A DNA stretch of 64,000 nt from Naegleria gruberi (taxonomy: Eukaryota). The notes beneath the pieces were generated by a model. That model was not told the origin of the DNA, did no database searches, and saw nothing but the letters and a program-made list of their open reading frames with translations. Location of the stretch: assembly GCA_000004985.1 (NCBI GenBank), contig GG738872.1; one strand, 5' to 3'. The translations under genes were made by a program, and so were the position numbers. Below are positions 58,164 to 64,000 of this stretch, in pieces (position 1 is the first letter of the stretch; each line of letters begins with the position of its first letter).

Positions 58164-59438
58164 ATGTCTGTTATCGATGATGATAATTTCTTCTTGTTGG
58201 AAAATAGACTTGATCAGGCATCGATTATTTGTATTTTGGAATTTCTCAATAGGAATGAAATTAATAATTTAGCAAGTTTGATTTATCGATCCGATTCTAC
58301 AGAAATTGAAAAGGGATTTTATAATGAAACATATTTGGATTTAAAATTTGGAAATTGTTTGATGATTTATTGTTGGAAAGATGAGTTTTGGGAGGATTAT
58401 ATGAATGAGAAAATTATGAGGATTAACAAATTATTGAGAAAATCAATAACTCCGATTGAAATATTTAATGATGATGATTGGAATGATGGTGGGAATATTA
58501 GATTGAAATTTATTAAATATATGTGGAAGAGAATTGGTTCAGAGAATTGGAGGTTAATTCAGAAAACAAGACATGACAGAAAGTTATACATTCACTCACT
58601 TTCTGATAAATTATCAAAAATTGCCAAGTTAAACAAAAGGTTCAAAACTCCAGAATGTGAAGGATTGATTAGAGAGAGAATTGAACAAGCTTGTTTTATT
58701 GAAGAAGACTCTCTTTCAAAGTATTTGAAAGAGCCAATGATTGTGGATAATTTGAATGAATCCATACAGTATGAGAAATGGGTCAGTATGGGAATGAATG
58801 TTGGTAAAACAAGTTTATTCATGACAATTAGTGGAGTAGAATTCCCTTTTGAGTATACCCCTAAAGTTTTTGATGGATACAATGCAGCTGTGCTAGTTTC
58901 ATGTATCAACAAGAAAGGAGAAGAAAGAAAAGTTAGTTTTCACTTTGGATTTTGGGACACTGGTAAGTTAACAATTTGGAAAATAATACTATTAAGTTAA
59001 ATAGTTGGAAATGAAGAGTATGATAAATTAAGACCACTTGGTTATCCTGACACAACTATATTTACTCTAAATTATGCTATTAATGATTGGTCAAGTTTAA
59101 AACAATTGGCTGAACATCTACTGTGGGAATCTACTCTTTCCGAGCCAAATGCAACTTTTGTCGTTGTTTCAACAAAGAATGATCTAAAAGAAGAATGTTA
59201 TTGGAATAGTTTATTGGATCCATTATTAATGGAAGAAGCAATTTCTCCAGAAGATGGAATCATGTTTACAAAATCAATAGGAGCAATATCATTTATTGAA
59301 ACAAGTTCTAAAACAAAGAAAGGTATAGAATATCTACTCCAGAAACTTGTTTTACTTAGATTGATACATCTTCAACATTTGAAATCAATTGAAAAGCAAA
59401 AACAGGATGACACAAAAAGGAAATGTTCAGTTCAATAA
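58164..59438 (+). CDS. Atypical Rho-family small GTPase-like protein with an N-terminal extension of about 200 aa and a C-terminal CaaX box. Exons: 58164..58962 and 59005..59438.
   Basis: The GTPase core is GMNVGKTSLF (P-loop), FPFEYTPKVFDGYNAAV (switch I, with Lys where Rho has the conserved Thr), WDTG|VGNEEYDKLRPLGYPDTTIF (switch II split by a 42-nt GTAAGT..AATAG intron; the Gln is not conserved), and VVVSTKNDL (TKxD). The protein ends in CSVQ (CaaX). Confidence 0.65.
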
Positions 59439-59572
59439 CATTTTTATCAAAAATAATGGGCAAAAGACATGAGATAGAGATTATTAGGTTTTTAAATTTA
59501 ATACTTTAGAATATCTCCCAATCTGTATATATACTGCCTCCTAATGAAAAATAGTAGTTTAATTAGAGGAAT

Positions 59573-61090
59573 CTATTTAAAGTATGGAAGTAAATGATCT
59601 CTTGGAGTGAAAAATACTCTATATTTGGTGGGATCCATATAGTACATACTCTTTTCAACTGAAAATGGTGGAAATTCATTTCCGTTGGAATGAGTCAACT
59701 TGAAATGTCTAACTAATGCTATTAAGGCAAAGTAAATTTCATTAGTGGCAACTCTTTCTCCCTATTACAATTCACGATTATATAATATAATAATTGATTA
59801 ATATTACTATTATATAATTATTAAATACTTACCGGACATTTACGAGCTCCAGTTCCAAATGGGCCAAGGTAATCCTTTGGCTCGCTTATTTCAGATCCCT
59901 TGATGTGACGTTCTGGAAGAAATTCAATTCCACGTGGAACATATTTGGATTGAACTGATGGCACATCCAAGAATAAGACCTGGGTTCCCTTTTCTAATTT
60001 GTAAGCGCCAAGAATAGTGTCTTTGGTCAATAGACGAGAGTTTCTTACTGGAATAACACTGTCCACTCTCATGAGTTCATCAATGAACAATTTACATAAT
60101 TTCAATTGTTTCATATGTTCTGGGGTGACTTGCACTTGTCAATTCATCAGCAGTTGGTTCACCAAATACTTGAGCTGTCTCTTCATATAATTTCTGAGCC
60201 CACTCCTTTTCGTGAGCAATTCTATACAACAAAGTAGTCATCATACGAGCTGTAACATCGACACCACCAATCATGAATGCAGAGAGTACAGTAGTTGTTG
60301 CTTCAGAAAGAAAACCAGCCATCTTTGCTCTTTCTTCGACCAATTCTTTGAGTCTTGGAATTTTACCATCATAACGATCAGATAAAAGATCAACAAGCTT
60401 GAATCCACGTCCAAAGGAAATATCACTCAACTCTTCAAAATCCTTATAATCCTTTGTTTTGTAGCCGTACTTGTAAAGACCTGGTTGGTATTGAAGTTTG
60501 AGGATTAGATCAGTAGTATCAACAGCATCCTTAATATACTGTCTAACTGTGAATCCTAATTTTTCAATCAATTCCTTTTCAGTCACTTTAACACCCAAGA
60601 ATACTTTGATTACTGCACTAAAGGCGAATTGACTCATAATATCATACATTGGATCAGCAAAATAATATTGTTTTGAATTTTCATCAAATTTCAAGGTATT
60701 AACAAATGATTTCAATAATTCATTGTTCAATTCAGTCAATTGTGGCAAAATGACTTCGTTGAAATATTGTGGCTTGAGGGGAATATTCAAAACTTGACGA
60801 ATATCATTCCAATTCTCATGATTGAAATAGTCCATTGTAACCCTAATCATTCCCTTTTCAAGTTTGTAATGTCTTGATGCATGAAGAGTTAATCTTCCTT
60901 CTTCCCCTCTTGCTAACTCACGAACTGCCTTTGGATCTGACAAAATGACCATCTTGTTATTCAATAATTTAATCTTTACAAAATCCCCATATTGATTGGC
61001 CAATTCGGTGAAATAAGCATTTGGATTATTGGCATTCTTGAACAAATCTAAAGCTTGTCCTATGAATGGCAATCCCTTTGGGCCCGGCAT
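59573..61090 (-). CDS. Cytochrome P450 monooxygenase. Exons: 59833..61090 and 59573..59761. There is an apparent 1-nt frameshift at a CCCC run near 60120..60127.
   Basis: The N-terminus is MPGPKGLPFIGQ. An I-helix-like block is AFMIGGVDVTARMM. The K-helix ExxR is DELMRV. The PERF motif is FLPERH. The heme-thiolate loop PFGTGARKCPG|ERVATNEIYFALIALV is split by a 71-nt intron (59762..59832, GTAAGT...GTAATAG). Reading through 60100..60135 requires a +/-1 shift inside CACCCCAG, with no intron possible. No N-terminal TM anchor is encoded upstream of the ATG (an in-frame TGA lies immediately before it). Confidence 0.7.
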
Positions 61091-61677
61091 TTCGTCAAAA
61101 CTCTTGAGAGGTTGTGTTGGACTTAACGGACGTTCTTGTGAAGATTAGGACATTGTGCCGTGCTACCTGAATGTGTTTCAACTTGCAAGGTGATATTCGA
61201 AAGAGAGAAGGAACGTTGCGTCAGTTTTGCTAATTGCTTGTTGAGAGAAAGTGTTTGAGTAGTTCTTCTTAGCATGTTTCTTTTGTTTTTTTTGAAAGTG
61301 TAATTATCAACAGTCATTATTCAACATGGTTGTATCAACTTTCTAATTCCAATAAATATTTCATCTATCACAAGTACTCCTCTTTTAAGGTTCACTAGTC
61401 CTCAAAAGAATGTGTTCATTGTTGACCATGGTCTTCATCCTTGGCCAGAAGTGAAGCCAAATCCCTTCCAGAATTTTCATATCACCTTCACCATCCTTAT
61501 CTTCACTCCAGTAGTATCCTCCAGTGGTTTGGTAAGCAGATTGTTTCTTGTTGAGGGACTTTGAGCAACTTCGGTGGTACTCTTCTTTGTCTTTAATAAA
61601 TCAATAATTTCTGACACTTGTTCATCATCTTCAACATCAATGTCTTCTGTTTCCATAATTTGCAAAAAACAGAAAAA

Positions 61678-62373
61678 ATGATCAACAACCAGCATTCATC
61701 ATCTCTGTCTTCTACTCAAATTAGTAGAACACTCCAAACAATGCAACAACAACAATACACTCCCACACTAAACTCCCTGCATTCGTACCATCCACTGGGA
61801 CCTCCAACAATCTCAATGTCATCATCCGTACCTCCATCAATGTCCATATCATCTTCATCATCATCTACCAATAACAAGGAATCCTTTGATAATTTTAATA
61901 ATGTCGATCCGCAAGCAAAAAAAGCCTTTGATCACGCCAATAATATTATTGAAAATTCCAATCAGGATAAAACATTTTCTGTCTTTTCCATTCCACCACG
62001 TGAGGCTCTCTCCTATTATTTGGGTGTTGAAGAACATTATCAAAGGGAACAAATTAAACCAGTATGTCCTTTGTGTATGAGACAAGTACACTTCTCTGCA
62101 TTATCTAAACATGTAGTTTCATGTGCAGAGTATAGAAATTCATTATTGGCCATGGAAGAATCACCTCCAATTAAATCGACTACTACTTCACCATTCATGC
62201 CACCTCCATCATTATATTCATCATCAATGGATTATAATAATAGTAATTCATTATACCCTTTATTAGGTAAAAGAACGAAATTAGATAGTGATAATCTTTT
62301 AGGTGGTAGTAATAATATGACTAGTAATAATTCATTATTGATGAATAGTGGTTTGCCTCAGTACAATTTCTAA
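61678..62373 (+). CDS. Low-complexity nuclear-type protein with a single UBZ4/Rad18-type C2HC zinc finger (232 aa).
   Basis: The first ATG is at 61678 (MINNQHSSSL...). CPLCMRQVHFSALSKHVVSC fits C-x2-C-x11-H-x3-C. Gln-rich and Ser-rich flanks. Confidence 0.5.
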   Translation: MINNQHSSSLSSTQISRTLQTMQQQQYTPTLNSLHSYHPLGPPTISMSSSVPPSMSISSSSSSTNNKESFDNFNNVDPQAKKAFDHANNIIENSNQDKTFSVFSIPPREALSYYLGVEEHYQREQIKPVCPLCMRQVHFSALSKHVVSCAEYRNSLLAMEESPPIKSTTTSPFMPPPSLYSSSMDYNNSNSLYPLLGKRTKLDSDNLLGGSNNMTSNNSLLMNSGLPQYNF

Positions 62374-62738
62374 TGAGTTGAAAGCTCACTCAATGAGACT
62401 GGATTTATTATTATTTGGTAATTATTGAAATGATCCAGATCACTTGAAAATGCTTGCCAAGGAAAGTTTTGGATTCATGTCAACAATCAAGGATGCTGAT
62501 ACATTATGCTCTACCAAATTATAAAAGAAATGTGAAAATTAATTAAAAATTTATTAAAAAATATTAAAACAAAATTGCAAAATTGTTGTGTTACGGAAAA
62601 ACATGTTGCTTCTAACTCAAAGCAAGAACCACACATTCCATTCATGGTCAACGGCTAACTGTAAAAACTAGGCTTGGCCACTTCCAATACCAAACATATT
62701 CACAATGTTATCATCATACAATAACAAAGTAAAAAATA

Positions 62739-64000
62739 ATGAAGGCACCACTTCTTCATCTTGTGCTCATCATCAATGTTGTATTACTGGCGGTGAATGT
62801 CATGTGGATGATACAACAAGGTGCTACTCCCGAACAAGATCAGCCTCATCATCAAGTGCTACTCAATAATAATAATACCGAACATATTCATTATGATAAT
62901 AATACTACATCAATACAAATACAGGAAATATCACCAATTCAAAATAATCATACAATGGAGAGGGTCCAAGAATCACAAGAACAACAAGTATTGGACAATC
63001 AATTTGATGAGCAATGTCTGTTTCACATGTTGATATTGACTGTACCTAGGCTGGAAATTGAAGGATCCAGATATCACTATCTAAAATCAACGCTTAATGG
63101 CTTGTATTCACAATTGGGAAATACCATCTTTATGCCGTGTGTAACTGTGTTCAATCCAAATCCAATATGGAGAAGTGAGCTTGAGGAGGCTATTCCTGAG
63201 CAAGTTAGGGGATGGAAACGGTTTAGAATATTGGAAAATCAGTATAGGAGTGATATTTTCCAATCTCCTTCAATGAGTCAAAAGAAAAAGAATCAATCCA
63301 ACAACTTTTTTGACATGATGAAGACCTTTTTGAATGTGTCCACACTCGAGAGGAATGTAGTTTTTATGGAGGATGATTTTGTAATGTGTGAGGATGTATC
63401 ATCTCACTTTATTCACGTTCTCAATAAGGCCTCAGATCCAGAACTCTTTTCAGGAGTGAGATTCTCTTTTGGACTCAATGGAGTGCTCGTTCAAAGGAGA
63501 GACCTTCCGCAAATGATTTACATGTGTGAAGAGTATGCTTTTAAGGATTTCCCAATTGACAATCTTTTGGAAGAATTTTTAAATAAGAAAACAAAGATGG
63601 GAAAGGACTATTTCAAAAATAGAGAATTCTTTACCTACAGATATCAATTGATGGAACATATTGGAAAAATATCTTCAGTTGGTAATGATAGAGATCAGGA
63701 AATGATGGATTTGACTTTCCCTCATTGCTATGAAACTCAAATCTACTCTCAAATCATGAATCAGTACAAATTATACTGTGCTCACTCACTGTTTTCTCCA
63801 TGTGATCGACCAAAAAAGCTTCAATTTTCACACGATGTATTTGAATTTCCACTCAAACCGCCTACTTTAAAAATTACTCTCTCAGAGCTCAATAAGGTCG
63901 AAAGTGTATTGTGTGAAGAAGGAGAGGATTGTGACACTTGTTGCAAAAAGAGAGCTAAAACTTGTGATGTTTCATTCTTCCCCTACATTAACCATTGCAG
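62739..64000 (+). CDS. Type-II membrane glycosyltransferase-like protein, 5' part; the ORF runs off the window end and is absent from the supplied ORF track.
   Basis: ATG at 62739. The signal anchor is MKAPLLHLVLIINVVLLAVNVMWMI. The frame is open for more than 420 codons to position 64000 with no stop. The block NVVFMEDDFVMCEDVSSHFIHVLNKA resembles the acidic DxD/EDD catalytic region of Golgi GlcNAc-transferases of the MGAT4 type (weak call from memory). The listed 62821..63033 ORF is out of frame to it. Confidence 0.5.
   Translation, partial: MKAPLLHLVLIINVVLLAVNVMWMIQQGATPEQDQPHHQVLLNNNNTEHIHYDNNTTSIQIQEISPIQNNHTMERVQESQEQQVLDNQFDEQCLFHMLILTVPRLEIEGSRYHYLKSTLNGLYSQLGNTIFMPCVTVFNPNPIWRSELEEAIPEQVRGWKRFRILENQYRSDIFQSPSMSQKKKNQSNNFFDMMKTFLNVSTLERNVVFMEDDFVMCEDVSSHFIHVLNKASDPELFSGVRFSFGLNGVLVQRRDLPQMIYMCEEYAFKDFPIDNLLEEFLNKKTKMGKDYFKNREFFTYRYQLMEHIGKISSVGNDRDQEMMDLTFPHCYETQIYSQIMNQYKLYCAHSLFSPCDRPKKLQFSHDVFEFPLKPPTLKITLSELNKVESVLCEEGEDCDTCCKKRAKTCDVSFFPYINHC

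Noticed and set aside
61477-61695. Minus-strand 72-aa ORF overlapping the start of the zinc-finger gene.
   Set aside because: It is short and acidic, and it overlaps the 5' end of a better-supported plus-strand gene.
62821-63033. Track ORF 62821..63033 (70 aa, Ile-rich).
   Set aside because: It is out of frame relative to the much longer 62739..>64000 ORF that carries a signal anchor and a conserved block.
1-64000. Prokaryotic feature classes: operons, Shine-Dalgarno-led polycistrons, CRISPR arrays, rRNA operon, phage modules.
   Set aside because: The sequence is eukaryotic: spliceosomal introns with GTAAGT donors, Pol III 5S and tRNA units with T-run terminators, and eukaryote-specific genes (eIF2 gamma, ubiquitin, RIOK1, F-box proteins).

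Overview
This 64 kb window is AT-rich (roughly one-third GC) nuclear DNA from a unicellular eukaryote, probably an amoeboid protist, not a prokaryote.

Evidence for a eukaryotic origin:
- Genes are densely packed on both strands and carry short spliceosomal introns of 42-125 nt, with GTAAGT/GTATGT/GTGAGT donors and AG acceptors.
- An RNA polymerase III type 5S rRNA gene and a tRNA gene are present, each followed by a T-run terminator.
- Typical eukaryotic housekeeping genes occur: eIF2 gamma, RIO kinase 1, a ubiquitin-type gene, a JMJD5-like JmjC hydroxylase, an M16C presequence protease, cathepsin B, a cytochrome P450 and a Rho-type GTPase.
- No operons, CRISPR arrays, rRNA operon, phage or transposon signatures are visible.

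Main features:
- The window is dominated by one single-exon gene of about 14.85 kb (14500..29353, minus strand). It encodes a protein of about 4,950 aa, a type-I membrane giant with a signal peptide, NHL beta-propeller repeats, multiple tenascin-type EGF arrays, a long run of about 40-aa Cys-rich modules, a REJ-like module, a Ser/Thr stalk and one transmembrane helix.
- A 646-aa paralogue of the C-terminal REJ-like, stalk and transmembrane part sits 13 kb away.
- The most unusual architecture is a gene at 39599..41351 fusing a complete but catalytically degenerate heterotrimeric G-alpha-like domain to an F-box and leucine-rich repeats.
- It lies among a local expansion of F-box/LRR genes.

Other oddities:
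- a compact bacterial-style UvrD/Rep/PcrA helicase carried as an intron-free eukaryote-looking gene;
- a strongly divergent tandem di-ubiquitin;
- a dispersed 5S rRNA gene;
- a tRNA-Ile(AAT) with stem mismatches;
- three genes with unresolved frame discontinuities;
- three assembly gaps (N-runs) that truncate genes.

Because the ORF track marks TTG/GTG as M, several listed ORF starts were moved to the first in-frame ATG. All exon boundaries were derived by eye from GT..AG signals and frame continuity. One long ORF (62739..>64000) is absent from the ORF track because it runs off the window end.
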